DNA of 56,649 nt, taken from Fonticula alba. Its lineage: Eukaryota. The notes under the pieces were generated by a model. The model was not told the DNA's origin, made no database searches, and saw nothing but the letters and a program-made list of their open reading frames with translations. The position numbers were made by a program, and so were the translations under genes. The first letter of the stretch is position 1; each line of letters begins with the position of its first letter. The DNA lies in the NCBI RefSeq assembly GCF_000388065.1, contig NW_009242980.1, forward strand, positions 1,487 to 58,135. The letters run 5' to 3'. Positions 34,301 through 44,830 of this stretch are shown one piece after another.

Positions 34301-37263
34301 CCGAGCGCAAGTGCGCCACGCGGCTGGCCGCGTCGAACCCGCCGCCGCCGGCCGCCGCGGTCGTGGCAATCGCCGCCGCCGCCGCCGCCGCCACCTCGCT
34401 CATGGAGCAGGCCCCCGGCTGGAAGGCCCCGCGCACGGCCGCCGGCAGCTGGTCCAGCACCGGCTGCGGCACGGCCGACCGCAGGGCAAACACCGCGCGC
34501 GCCGGCTCCGGCACCCCGCCCAGCCGCAAGCCCACCGCATACTCGCACTCCAATTCCGTCACCGACATCAGCTCCGCCGCGGCCGGGTCATTGCCACGCA
34601 GCCAGCCGGCCAGCCGGGCCATGGCCGCCGGGTCGACGCTCGGGTCGAACCCGGCCGCCAGCTCCTCCGCGCACCGGGCCACCGCCCGGCCCCCGGGGAT
34701 GTGCCCCAGCCGGTCGCCCAGCACACCGACAAAGTACGGCCGGCAGGCGTCCACCGTGGCCAGGCAGGTGGCCGTGGCCGCGGCCGACTGCAACACCGGC
34801 GGCACGCCCCACCGCAGGTCCACATCCACCAGCTCGATCCGGTGCCGGCGCAGGCGCTCCCGCAGCTCCGGCATCACGGCCCGCGAGATGATCTCCCGCT
34901 CGACGGCCATGTCCGCGAAGGTGGACGACACGAAGATGCGAACCGTGCGCCAGGCCGGCCCGGCCCCGGACACCATGCCCGAGCCGCTCGGGCCCGGGAT
35001 GGTGCGCCGATCGAAGGACAGGGCACTGGTGTCGGCCTCGACCAGCGGGTCCTCCCGTTCCGACTCGGCGATCGGGATGACCTGCGCATGGCCCGGGCCG
35101 GGGTCGGCCGCCGGCGAGCCCGGCTGCCCGCGGCCCGGGCCCGGAGCCACCAGGCGCAGCTTGTGCCTCGGCCGGCCATCGGCCGCCAGTGGCTGCAGCC
35201 CGCGCTTGCGCTCCGGGTCCACCGACATCCGGCCCAGGGCATAGGCCGCGCTGTTCACCTGGCGCGAGGTGACCACCTCCGCGCGGGCCCCATACCGCGG
35301 GCCGCCGGTCGCCAGGGCCGAGCGCAGGGCCGGCCCCCAACGGGAGCGCCCGGCCCCCGGGCCCCGGCGCCCGGGACCACGCACACGCCGCAGCCCGCGA
35401 ATCGTGTCGATGTTGTCCACCAGGGCCAGCTGCAGCTCGGACTCCGTGTGCCCGGCGATGTGCCGCAAAATTTGCGCACTCGCCCCCGACAGGTAGATGT
35501 CATCCGGGTGGGTGACCGTCACCGGCAGGGACGGCCGGCCGCCGGGGCCGGCCAGCGCCCCGAGCATGCGCAGGGCACTGCTTTCGGCCGGGCCGCCATC
35601 CGGCCCGGCCGGCGCCGGCGCCGCCAGCCCCCGCGACGTGATCGAAATGTAGGACATGACCAGGCGCTCGCGCGACCCGGCCTCCTGCACCATCCGCCGG
35701 TAGTCCGCGGCAAAGGCATGCAGCGAGGCGATCAGGTCCAAGTTCCCCAGCGTCAAGTCCATGTAAATGACATGCGACAGGGCCCGCCGGTGGGTGATGT
35801 ACGGCTGCAGGATGCCCGGCAGCGAGTCGGCCCCGGCGGCCCGGTCCCGGTAGCACCGGGCCACCTGCTCGCACAGGGCCCCAAAGTGGTCCAGGAAGGA
35901 GGCCCCCCGCGCGGCCGGGCCCATGACCACCGGCTGGTAGGTGCCCCCGGCCGCCGGGCCGCCCATCGGCAGGGCCAGCACCAGGTCCACCCCCTGCGAG
36001 GACAGCAGCAGCGTCGTGGCAAAGAGCATCAGCGAGCTGAGCCCCGGGTGCCGGAGCACCGCATGCTGGAACCCGCGCTCATGCTCCACGGCCTTGGTCA
36101 GCACGCGCTCCGGCAGCGACAGCGACAGGAACAGCAGCACATTCCCCGCCAGCGGGGGGATATTCAACCGCAGCGACAGGCTGATGGCACAGGACAGGCT
36201 GGCCAGGTACCGCTCGGCCAGGCGGGCGATGGCCTGCTCGGCGGGCTTCGGCTCGGCGGGCTTCGGCTCGGCGGCCCCGGCCCCGGCCCCGGCCCCGGCC
36301 TCCTCCCCCATGGCCAGGGCTTCCAGCTGCAGGTCGCGCAATTGGAAGTACGTGGTCAGGTAGTCCCAGGGCAGCAGGCGCCCGGACTGCACGGACATCG
36401 GCGAGGCAATGCGCTGCATCACCCGCTCGTGGATGTGCTGGCTGATGCCCGGCGGGGCGCCCGGGCGCCAGCCCGGCGGGTAGGTCTTCTGGATGATGGT
36501 CTTGAGGTTGCGCAGCAGCGCGGTGAACGGCAAGTTCCGCGTGATGATCAGCTCCCGCCAGGCGGCCGCATTGTTCCCCCGGCGGGAGAGCTGCGTCTGC
36601 CAGGTGACCGGCACCGGCAGGCGCATGCGCTGGCCCGCCTGCGCCGAGTCGAAGGTCCCCGGCAGCCGGGCCGCCACAAACTCCTGGAAGGTCCCCGGGT
36701 ACCGGGCCCCCAGCAGGCTCATCACATGCAGCGGCGGGTCGGCGATGTGCAGCAGCTTGATGAGGAACTGCAGCGTGAAGCTGAAGGCCGCGCGGCCCGG
36801 GCGCGCCAGCACCCGCGCGTCCTCCTGGTCGTCGGTCTCGCCGGTCTCGGCCGTGGCCTCCAGCCGCGACCGGGCGCGCTTCATCAGCCGCCCGGACTCC
36901 GGCGCCCGGCGGTCGTACTTGGCCAATTGGTAGGCCGTGAACCGGGGGAAGGCCGCCACCAGGGCCCGGCGCAGGGCCATCGGCAGGGTCACGCGCGCCA
37001 GGTCCTCCATGGTGTGGAGTTCGTAGAACCGCAAGGCCCGGTACAGCTCGGCCACCTGCAGCCAATCCGTCGGCAGGAGGACCGTCGCAGGCAGGTACTT
37101 CAGCAGGTACGGGCAGCAGGCCGGGATGGAGGCCGCCACCGCCAGCAGGTAGTTGGCCGTGGACCGGACGAAGAGCTCCAGGCGCACGTACAGGGCCAGG
37201 CGCAGGACGAACTCCGGGTCGCCGGCCTCGGCCACGGTGCGTGCCAGGCGCAGGAGCTCGAGG
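31359..37263 (-). CDS. TEP1-like protein, large central exon covering the C-terminal part of TROVE, DUF4062, NACHT (Walker A GPSGSGKT, Walker B LVLVLDGLDHV) and the linker.
   Basis: TROVE-like motifs: FVLRLALYVRLELFVRSTANYLLAVAA and FTAYQLAKYDRR (compare the Ro60 LAYQVTKYKQRNGWSH motif, as recalled). The DUF4062 signature is RIFVSSTFADMAVEREIISRAVMPELRER..IELVDVDLRWGV. A P-loop is present. A GAT|GTACGT donor lies at plus 31353-31358. The ORF upstream of 37263 translates a (GT)n microsatellite as (TH)n and so is intronic. Confidence 0.65.
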
Positions 37264-37267
37264 CTAG

Positions 37268-37440
37268 CAGGTGTGTGTGGATGTGTGTGTGGATGTGTGT
37301 GTGTGTGTGTGTGTGTGTGTGGATGTGTGGGCATGTGGATGTGTGGGCATGTGTGGGCATGTATGCACATATGAACGCATACATATACGTATACATATAT
37401 GCATGCATACATATTTGCATGTGGATGCAGCCACGCCACA
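37268..37440. repeat. Compound (GT)n/(GTGTGGAT)n/(CATA)n microsatellite inside the TROVE-interrupting intron.
   Basis: Direct reading. It is translated as (TH)n and (YV)n in the ORF track. Confidence 0.85.
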
Positions 37441-37542
37441 GGCACAGCGAAGGGGGCCAGAGAGCAGACGAGCAACGCGAACACAGGTCAGACGGGTGGG
37501 AACCCACACTTCCACGGGAAACAGGCAGCCGGAAGCACGCAC

Positions 37543-38516
37543 CGCGAGGAATCCGCCTTGCTGTAGTAGTTCGGGTTCATGAAGAGACTGCTCGAGGCCG
37601 ACAGGATGAAGTCGTACTTGAGCTTGTCCATGGCCAGCGAGGAGGAGGACGGGGGAACCGCCCCGACGCCCGGGGCCGCCTTCGGCCCGACACCCCCGGC
37701 CCCGGAGAAGGGCGACGCGTCGCCGGCCGTCCGCAGGAGGGCCTGCTCGCCGGCCGAGAGCGGGCGCTCGGCAAACAGCCCGCCCACGGGCAGCAGCTCG
37801 GCCGGAGCAAAGCAGCCCTCACGGGTGACCGGCTCCTGGGCCTGCTCCAGCTGGAGCAGCAGATCGTCCCCGGCGTCCGGGGGCGAGGTGCGCTGCTGGC
37901 CAGGCTGCTGGTGCGCCAGCACCGGGGCACCGGCGGCGGGGCCCGACGCCGGCATGGTCGGGGTGACGCCCGGCCGCGCGGGCACACCCACGGTGGCCGC
38001 CGGCCGCGGGCTCAGCACGCTCGGCGATGCCGCCGCGCCACCGGGCCGGTCGCCGATGATCGACGATGACGACGACAGGACCGACGGGCTGGCCCGGCTG
38101 GAGGACAGCAGCGAGGACCCGGACAGCAGCGAAGACCCGGACAGCAGCGAAGACCCGGACAGCAGCGAGGACCCGGACAGCAGCGAGGACCCGGACAGCA
38201 GCGAAGAGCCGCCCGGCGCAGGGCCACCCTGAGTGGAGCCCGACAGCAGCGACGACGTCAGGGGGCTGACATTGGCCCCGGTCGACGACGGGCTCAGCAG
38301 CCGGTTGACCGTGGACGCGTGGCCGGTGGTCGACGACGACGACAGGAGCGAGCTCCGGCCGGCGGTCGGCTGCCGGGTGCCATGAGCCGAGGAGGAAGAC
38401 GAGAAGGACATGCTTGTGGTTGCCAGCAAAGGGGAGACAGGCCAAACGGGAGGGCGAGTGTCTCGGCTCGGTGGTGCTGCTCTTGCTCTCGGAAGCTCAC
38501 GCGATCGGGGGTGCAC
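37543..38516 (-). CDS. TEP1-like protein, 5-prime exon(s) with a Ser-rich low-complexity N-terminus (six SSLLSG repeats) and the TROVE start (KLKYDFILSASSSLFMNPNYYSKADSSR). The true start codon is uncertain.
   Basis: Joining ...YYSKADSSR (GTGCGT donor at plus 37537-37542, reverse-complemented) to LELLRLARTVAEAGDPEFV (acceptor at 37264-37265) reproduces the Ro60/TROVE N-terminal pattern as recalled from memory, [32 protein letters not shown]. I count this as strong support for the junction. Confidence 0.4.
38077..38215. repeat. 18-bp tandem repeat (GGACAGCAGCGAGGACCC-type, about seven units). It encodes SSLLSG on the minus strand (TEP1-like N-terminus) and EDPDSS on the plus strand.
   Basis: Direct reading. 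Confidence 0.85.
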
Positions 38517-38922
38517 TTAGGGGGGGGCGGGAGGGGATGCGGCCCGGAAGGAGGGACAGCCCAAGCAGCGCTGACAAGGAGGGAGGGAGGGGAAGAGCGA
38601 GGCAAAGGCGGGGGTACACCCAGAGACAAGGGAAGAAGCAGGAAGGGAAGGAAGTAGGGTGGAGGGAAACTTGGCGGCCGCCTGCTCGGGCGTGGGCCCG
38701 GGCTCGTCCGGCAAAAAGGCCGCCACCGCCGAAGCGAACACCCCCGGGGCAGGGGCCTCGCCGGTCGGGCGCCGAAGACGGGGCCGGATCCCGCGGCCGG
38801 GGTGTCGCCCGCCGCCTCCCCGCTCGGGAGGGGCCCTGCCCGGGCGGCGGCCGGCGCGTGTCGATGGCCGCACCCACGCCCAATTCACACGGGCAGCCAC
38901 ACAGGCAGCCGGACGTGTGCAA

Positions 38923-39054
38923 ACACACACACACACACACACTGGCAAACCTAAACACGGGCGGGCTGTGTACACGGGCGGGCTCTGTGCGCGGACACAC
39001 ACGCCCACAAGTACGCAAACACACAAGCACACACGCACACACGCACACACGCAC

Positions 39055-39102
<48 letters not shown>

Positions 39103-39105
39103 GCA
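38923..39105. repeat. (CA)n and (CACACG)n microsatellite cluster in the putative promoter region of the TEP1-like gene.
   Basis: Direct reading. Confidence 0.85.
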
Positions 39106-39870
39106 CATCGCCAGCCCCAGAGCGCCGGAGGGAAATGACTCCCACACATCCCCTCATCTGACCGGACGGGGGAGGGGGCCCAGACGCCGAATCCCCGGGC
39201 CCACCCCCCAGCCGGCGCCCGTTGCGTCACCCTTGCATCGGATTTCCCCCGGGGCCGCGCAATAACACGCGCACCGTGGCGAAAGCGCCGGCCGCGCCAC
39301 AGGGGGAAGGCGCACACCAGCCCGCCCTAGCCAGAGCAGGACGCCGGGGGCGGAGACAGGGCCCCCCCCCCCCCCCCCCCGACACTCATGAGCCGCCCCG
39401 ACCCCCGCCGAAGGGTGGCGACCGTGTCCCCGCCCCCCGCGCCGGAGCCGGCGCACACCCCCGCACGGGCGCGCAGATGCGGGCCGATGCGTCGGCAGTT
39501 GGACGCCGCTCCACCTCGGGAAAACAGAGCACCAACGGGGGGGGGGAAGATGCTCCCGCACCCGGCACGCGCATGCTCCCCAATGGCGAGGTCCCTGCCC
39601 CTGTGCGTGGACCGACCGGAAGAGCCGCCTCGGCCAGCCACCAACATTAATATTGATGGGATCATAAAACAGCCACACACACACTCGCCGCCGAACCCGG
39701 CGTACATCGCCCCCTCCTCGTACCCCTGGCCCGGGAGGGAGCGCGCGCTCGCACCCCGATGTTCCCACCTTCCCGCTCGGGCGTGCCCCGGCCCCCCCCC
39801 CCCGCTGGGCCTGCCTGTCCGACGACGAACGCACCACCCCAGGGAGAAACGGCAAAAAAAAACAAATGTG

Positions 39871-39944
39871 TGACCACGATGCGGCTCGAACACACAACCT
39901 CCTGATCCGTAGTCAGGTGCTCTATCCAATTGAGCTACGCGGCC
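39871..39944 (-). tRNA. tRNA-Arg (anticodon ACG), copy 2
   Basis: Same body as copy 1 with a compensatory acceptor-stem pair (GGCCGCG/CGTGGTC versus GGCCGTG/CATGGTC). It is followed on the minus strand by TTTGTTTTTTTTT. Confidence 0.85.
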
Positions 39945-40019
39945 ATTTCTGCAGGGGTACCCTGCTCGGGGGGCTTTTGTTGCGCGGATTTTCTCGCCCC
40001 CGAGCGACGAAAAAGAATG

Positions 40020-40091
40020 CTCCCGATCCGGGAATTGAACCCGGGCCTCCCGCGTGACAGGCGGGGATTCTCACCACTATACTAATCGGGA
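40020..40091 (-). tRNA. tRNA-Asp (anticodon GTC)
   Basis: The reverse complement reads TCCCGATTAGTATAGTGGTGAGAATCCCCGCCTGTCACGCGGGAGGCCCGGGTTCAATTCCCGGATCGGGAGC, a close match to canonical tRNA-Asp-GTC. A TTTTT run follows downstream. Confidence 0.9.
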
Positions 40092-40513
40092 CTCCGATGG
40101 ATACCCACCCCACGGGTGTCCCTCTTGAATCGAGCGCCTTGCCCCGACGCCCCCCCCGAGCCGCCAATGTCCCCGCCACCGGCGCCCCCCAGCACGCTCT
40201 GCCCGCCGCGAGGGGGGTGCCAGCAGAGACGGCACCAGCGACCGCACACGGCCGTGCCGCGCAGAACGGGGCCCGGCCGGACAGCCGCCAGGAGGCCCAG
40301 GCCAGCAAAAGGGTCATCCCACGGGCCGGGCGGGGACACAGCGCCCCCCCTCCGGGGACCGCCTTCCCCGGCGAAGCGCCAGGCCGGTCTGCGCAGTGCA
40401 CCGACAGCTGGCCCAGCCCCATGCCGAGCCGCGCGCGGGCAGCCGGGAAGCGGGATCCCAAAGACCCGCATTGAGGCGGAGGCGTTCCCGGTGGTGCCGC
40501 GAGGCAGCTTTGC

Positions 40514-43500
40514 TGTAACATACATCACATGATGTAGTTAAAGATTCGGGGGTATATAAGCTTCATCCTTCCAGTGTATTCCCCAGACTTTACGCCTCAG
40601 TCTGCGGATTCTTTCTTTTAATATACCAAATCCGCCTCTCTCAGCCCCAAGGTCTCTGAGATCACCCCCTCATCTTTCACTCGGCATAACCGGTTCATTT
40701 GCGATGCCGGTCACGCGGAATACACGGGCCCCATCGGCCCATGCCGGATCACGCGGCGACGAGAAGCGCCCGCTGGAAGAGTTGGCACCCAGGCTCTTAG
40801 CGAACTGCCCACGGTGCCCCGAGGAGCAATCCGGATTTCACTTTTTAAACATCCCCACCGTGTGAGAAACCTCCGCTGCTTGAACCATCGTCAAGCGGAT
40901 TTCCGAATACAATACATACACCTTCGAATCGCAGCCTCCCGGGTTGATAGACTGGCTGAGAGAAGATCTTGGTTCATTATCCGCTGACTCCAATCCCCCC
41001 CCCCCCGCACGCACACCCACCCTCACCTCCGTCACCATGACGGCCCAGGGCGCCCCATCCGCTCAGATCCTGCACCCAGACCCACTCATCCCGCGCATGG
41101 CCGAGCGCTTCTCCCTGCTAGGCCAATGGCACGCATTCACCTCCTTCCGCCCAGGCAACAGAGCCCTGGCCTTGGCAATCACCCTGTTCCGGGACATGCT
41201 GGACTTCGCCATCTCAGGCCAGTTCCCCAGCCTGAGCGCCATCTCCCACTTCCACATGCTCGTCGGCACTCTGCAGGATTTCCCCCCCGCACACTTGATC
41301 TTCGTACTCCTTCTCAGCGAAAATGCCTCTCGCTTTCCCCCCTATGCAACAACCCCACTGGTTCGACTGCATCGCAACATCAGCGAACAACTCATCTCCA
41401 ACCAGGCCCGCGACAGTCCTCTCCTCACGGGGCACTTTTTCACCCCGGACGAGCTCTCCCGGCAGACACACAGCGCAAACATCATCTACCCCTTCTATGA
41501 CCCACAGGCGATCCAATACTCAGCCAACTCCAGCGTCATCTTGGCCCTGCGTCATGACGAGGCCTTCAGACGCGAAGTGGAGCGCACCGCCTCGCGAGCC
41601 GTGGAAGTCAACAGCATCATCGCGGCGGTTCCCGCGTCAAGGGGAGACTTCTTTGACAAGATCCCCATCTTCAGCACCGAACTCATCAACGGCCTTGCAG
41701 CGGCCCAGGCCCACACCCTGGACAAGGTCCTATCCGGCCTAAAAACCCAAATGGCCCACCTCTCGAAAGCCCACCGAGACACCCTCGAGCATGTCTACGC
41801 TCTTTACACCAATCCAGCGCCCCATCCTCCGCCATCCTCCTCAACACACTCCGCCGGCCTCATCGCGGCTCTCGCCGGCGTCGTTGCGCAAGATCGACTC
41901 AAGTCCCGGACCCAGTCGACAAGAACCACCACGGCTCCGGCCCCCATCCCCCACAGGCAAGATGCATCCTCCCCGGCGAATGGCAATATCACCACCGGCA
42001 CAGCGCCCGCTCTCCAGCCGCCCGCCCCTGCCGAAGCCCACCAACCGGCCCCCCCCGCCCGATCATCGGCCCCGATCACCCTGGGCCCTCCTTCTCGCCC
42101 TCCCACATCCACCCAAGCCCCGACGTCGGGCCCGTTCATCGTGCAAAGCCCGCCCGCCCCACCCCCTCCCTTCCCACCCCCCTTCCAATATCCCCCCCAC
42201 CCCCCCACCACCTCTTCCCACCTACAGCACCCCCCCCACTGGATTTTCTCCCCTCCCCCAACCCCCCACGACCACCAGCAACAAGATCCTCAGTCCAGCC
42301 ATCCCAGCTACTACGCACAGTATTCTCCATCAATCTTCCAAGGCTCCTTCCACCGACCCCACTGGAGCCCGGAACTCCACCGGCACAACATGGACACCCT
42401 CAGGCGATGCTGGACGCCCAAGTGGGCCGAAGGGGTCCTTCCCGTCATACCATTCAAACTGGACGAAGAGCATCTGTCGAGGATCTTCGCCAACGGCTTC
42501 CCCCCGTCCTCCGGGCGCCCGGGCGCCACCCCCTCGATCTGCATCGGGGAGCCTCGCCTCGGGCAGCACTACAAGTCGATCGCTCTGGCCGTTCGCATTC
42601 GGGCGGCCATAGTCGTGTTCATGAGCACACCGATGTCGCTTAGCGCCTTCGAAGAGCTCTCCGGGCTCAAGTGGATCCAGTCACTGGTCCCCCCGATGGA
42701 TCCCGTCGGTCTCATCCCCCTCCTTTGTCCCCCCGACACCGACACTCTCTGGGCCTACATCGAATTCCTCCGCAGAGTCTGGATCACCCGGGAGGACATG
42801 CTGTTCTCCCTCCGGATCAGGGCCCTTGCCCTGACTCTCACCGAACTGGGGATTGCCCCTGACCCCGCTGAATTCTGGGCTGCCATGTCGCCCCACTGCC
42901 CGGCTCATCAACAACCCAGCCTCCGCGCATTGCGCTCCTCCCACTTCACCTCCATCTTCGGCCCCGGCTTCATTCCTCCGCTTTCAGCTCCGAGCAACAC
43001 CACGGATGTCACGGTCACCATACATCGCAGCGCCCAAATCGTCAGCTGGGACGGCATGACAGCCTTCGCGGGCTCCCACCACCCCATCCGTCCTCCCCCG
43101 CTTGCTGACGGCCACGCCTCGCCGGAAGGCAACATCCACGCCCCCCCTCCGACCTCCCCCCTCTTTGGCAATGCCCCCAGGGCCCGGGGACGGCCATCCC
43201 CTCCGGATCGCCCGCGCCCCGGTCCCTTCTCGCTTCCGCCCAAGGACGAGGCCCCCTTCCGCCGCGCCTGCTCCGAGGCCGATGCCGAGCGAAACACCAC
43301 CCTGGCATCGGGCCTTGGCTTCAGCATCCTCTCGGACAAAGACCTCACTGACCGCATCAAGGCCTGGCAAAACGAGGAGCCCCTTGCCCTTGCCGAGGGA
43401 TTCAGCCGCTCGAAAGAGGGCCTGCTCCTGCGAGACAACCGAATCTGGATCCCCCAGGCTCATGTCCAGGCCCTCGCCCTTCTGCTACACGAACTGCCGG

Positions 43501-44830
43501 AGATCAATCACACCGGCTCGGCCTCGCTGACCGCCATCCTCATGCGTGGTTTCTCCGGCACGGGATTCGACAAGGCAGCCCGAAATGCCACCCAGCGCTG
43601 TCTCCTATGCCATCGCTTCAAGCCCAAGAGCTCCTCATTAGCCCCCGCCCCCTCCGGGCCAGCCGCCATCCCAACGAGGCCCTTTGAAGCATTGGCCGTC
43701 GACTTCTGCTCCATCCGACTGCCCCACCATCCCACCAAATACAAGGTGCTGGTAATGGTGGACACCTTCTCCAGGTACATGATGGCCCACGTGGTGCCCG
43801 CCTCGACGACGGGAGCCATGGCCCTGTGTGCCTTCTTCCACTCCTTGCCTCCCGGTCACCCTCCCATCGCCACGGTCAACGCCGCCGACGAAAGCCCCTT
43901 CAACTGCGCCCGCTGGAAGGACGAGCTCATCAGCCGCAAGATCAGCCCCACCTACTCCGGCCCCCCTCATGACCACTCCAACGGCGCCGCAAAGCGCGCC
44001 GTAAGATCCCTCAAGCAGAGACTGGCCATTCTCAGCAACTCTCGCAAAGACCTCACCACCCTCAACAGCCTCCTCGAAGAGGCAACCTCCTCGCACAATG
44101 CATGCCCCAATTCACTGGGCTTCTCCCCGAGAGAGCTGGTGTTCGGCTCGCATGCGGTCGCCTCCCTCAGCGCCATCCCCTCGATCCTTGGGCCCCACAT
44201 TCCCCACGAGGAAGCCATCAAAACCGCCTACGACCGCTTGGTCAGCGAGCGGACGGCTCGCCGCCCATCCTCACTCGCAACCCCTGCGCCACAATCACCC
44301 ATCAAACCCGGCGACTATGTCCTGGTATCTCTCTTCCCGCGGCACTCGCCCAAGGCCCAACCGCTCGGCCTGGGCCCGAGATTTTCCCCTCCCACACTCG
44401 TCGAGAGCGTGGGCGCCAGCACCGTGAAACTGGCTGCCCCGGTCGAAGGTCGCAAGTCGCTCCACATTCCCCTTTCCGACATCAAACTCTACTCTCCACC
44501 CGCCGCTACCTCGTACTCTTCCCCCCCATCCGCGGCGCGCCCGGATGCCACTTCTCCATCGGCACCCTCGAATCCGCCGGATCCGTTCCCCGCCTGGGGA
44601 GTGTAACGTGGCATCATGTGCTCTGACGGGGCTGCCCACGGTGCCCCCGAGGGGCATTCCGAATCCCACACTATTTAAGCATCCGCCGTGAGCCGAGAAG
44701 CCCGCTGCTCGAACCATCCTCCAGCGGCTTTCCGAATACAATACCCACACCTTCACCCTTGGCTCGGCATTCCCGGTTGGTACCGGTTGAGAGGGGCTCT
44801 CGGTTGACCCATCCCCCGGGTCGCGCGGTA
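40514..44830 (+). mobile_element. Degenerate, internally deleted Ty3/gypsy-like LTR retrotransposon copy (LTR, gag-like region, integrase, LTR). The 3-prime end is approximate.
   Basis: Both LTR-like blocks begin TGTAAC...CATCA.ATG. They share GCCCACGGTGCCCC..CCGCTGCT.GAACCATC..AAGCGGATTTCCGAATACAATAC.ACACCTT at ~40800-40940 and ~44620-44760. A polypurine tract (GGGGAG) abuts the 3-prime LTR at 44596-44601. The internal ORF is described separately. Confidence 0.6.
40944..44606 (+). CDS. Retrotransposon polyprotein remnant. It has a gag-like N-terminal region, the integrase HHCC zinc finger (HVQALALLLHELPEINHTG...CLLCHRFKP) and the integrase catalytic core (VDTFSRYMMAHVVP ... HDHSNGAAKRAVRSLKQRL). 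Protease, RT and RNase H are missing.
   Basis: The integrase DDE-core residues and the zinc-finger spacing are recognisable. The gag part shares motifs with the second copy (LGIAPDPAEFWAAM versus LGYSPDPHVFWAFF). Confidence 0.6.
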   Translation: MIDWLREDLGSLSADSNPPPPARTPTLTSVTMTAQGAPSAQILHPDPLIPRMAERFSLLGQWHAFTSFRPGNRALALAITLFRDMLDFAISGQFPSLSAISHFHMLVGTLQDFPPAHLIFVLLLSENASRFPPYATTPLVRLHRNISEQLISNQARDSPLLTGHFFTPDELSRQTHSANIIYPFYDPQAIQYSANSSVILALRHDEAFRREVERTASRAVEVNSIIAAVPASRGDFFDKIPIFSTELINGLAAAQAHTLDKVLSGLKTQMAHLSKAHRDTLEHVYALYTNPAPHPPPSSSTHSAGLIAALAGVVAQDRLKSRTQSTRTTTAPAPIPHRQDASSPANGNITTGTAPALQPPAPAEAHQPAPPARSSAPITLGPPSRPPTSTQAPTSGPFIVQSPPAPPPPFPPPFQYPPHPPTTSSHLQHPPHWIFSPPPTPHDHQQQDPQSSHPSYYAQYSPSIFQGSFHRPHWSPELHRHNMDTLRRCWTPKWAEGVLPVIPFKLDEEHLSRIFANGFPPSSGRPGATPSICIGEPRLGQHYKSIALAVRIRAAIVVFMSTPMSLSAFEELSGLKWIQSLVPPMDPVGLIPLLCPPDTDTLWAYIEFLRRVWITREDMLFSLRIRALALTLTELGIAPDPAEFWAAMSPHCPAHQQPSLRALRSSHFTSIFGPGFIPPLSAPSNTTDVTVTIHRSAQIVSWDGMTAFAGSHHPIRPPPLADGHASPEGNIHAPPPTSPLFGNAPRARGRPSPPDRPRPGPFSLPPKDEAPFRRACSEADAERNTTLASGLGFSILSDKDLTDRIKAWQNEEPLALAEGFSRSKEGLLLRDNRIWIPQAHVQALALLLHELPEINHTGSASLTAILMRGFSGTGFDKAARNATQRCLLCHRFKPKSSSLAPAPSGPAAIPTRPFEALAVDFCSIRLPHHPTKYKVLVMVDTFSRYMMAHVVPASTTGAMALCAFFHSLPPGHPPIATVNAADESPFNCARWKDELISRKISPTYSGPPHDHSNGAAKRAVRSLKQRLAILSNSRKDLTTLNSLLEEATSSHNACPNSLGFSPRELVFGSHAVASLSAIPSILGPHIPHEEAIKTAYDRLVSERTARRPSSLATPAPQSPIKPGDYVLVSLFPRHSPKAQPLGLGPRFSPPTLVESVGASTVKLAAPVEGRKSLHIPLSDIKLYSPPAATSYSSPPSAARPDATSPSAPSNPPDPFPAWGV

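Noticed and set aside
37256-37484. Apparent (Thr-His)n and (Tyr-Val)n N-terminus of the 2095-aa ORF
   Set aside because: This is the translation of a (GT)n/(CATA)n microsatellite. The segment is intronic by homology-guided splicing.
25430-38069. Very long plus-strand ORFs (1983 aa and 2346 aa) overlapping the TEP1-like locus
   Set aside because: They are antisense to a gene with clear domain content. Their translations are Arg/Gly/Pro/His-rich low-complexity strings. In GC-rich genes the antisense strand lacks AT-rich stop codons, so these ORFs are artefacts.
37579-38232. Plus-strand ORF with (SSEDPD)6 acidic repeats
   Set aside because: Its start region is the exact antisense of the TROVE-domain start exon of the minus-strand gene, so the minus-strand reading (SSLLSG) is taken as real.
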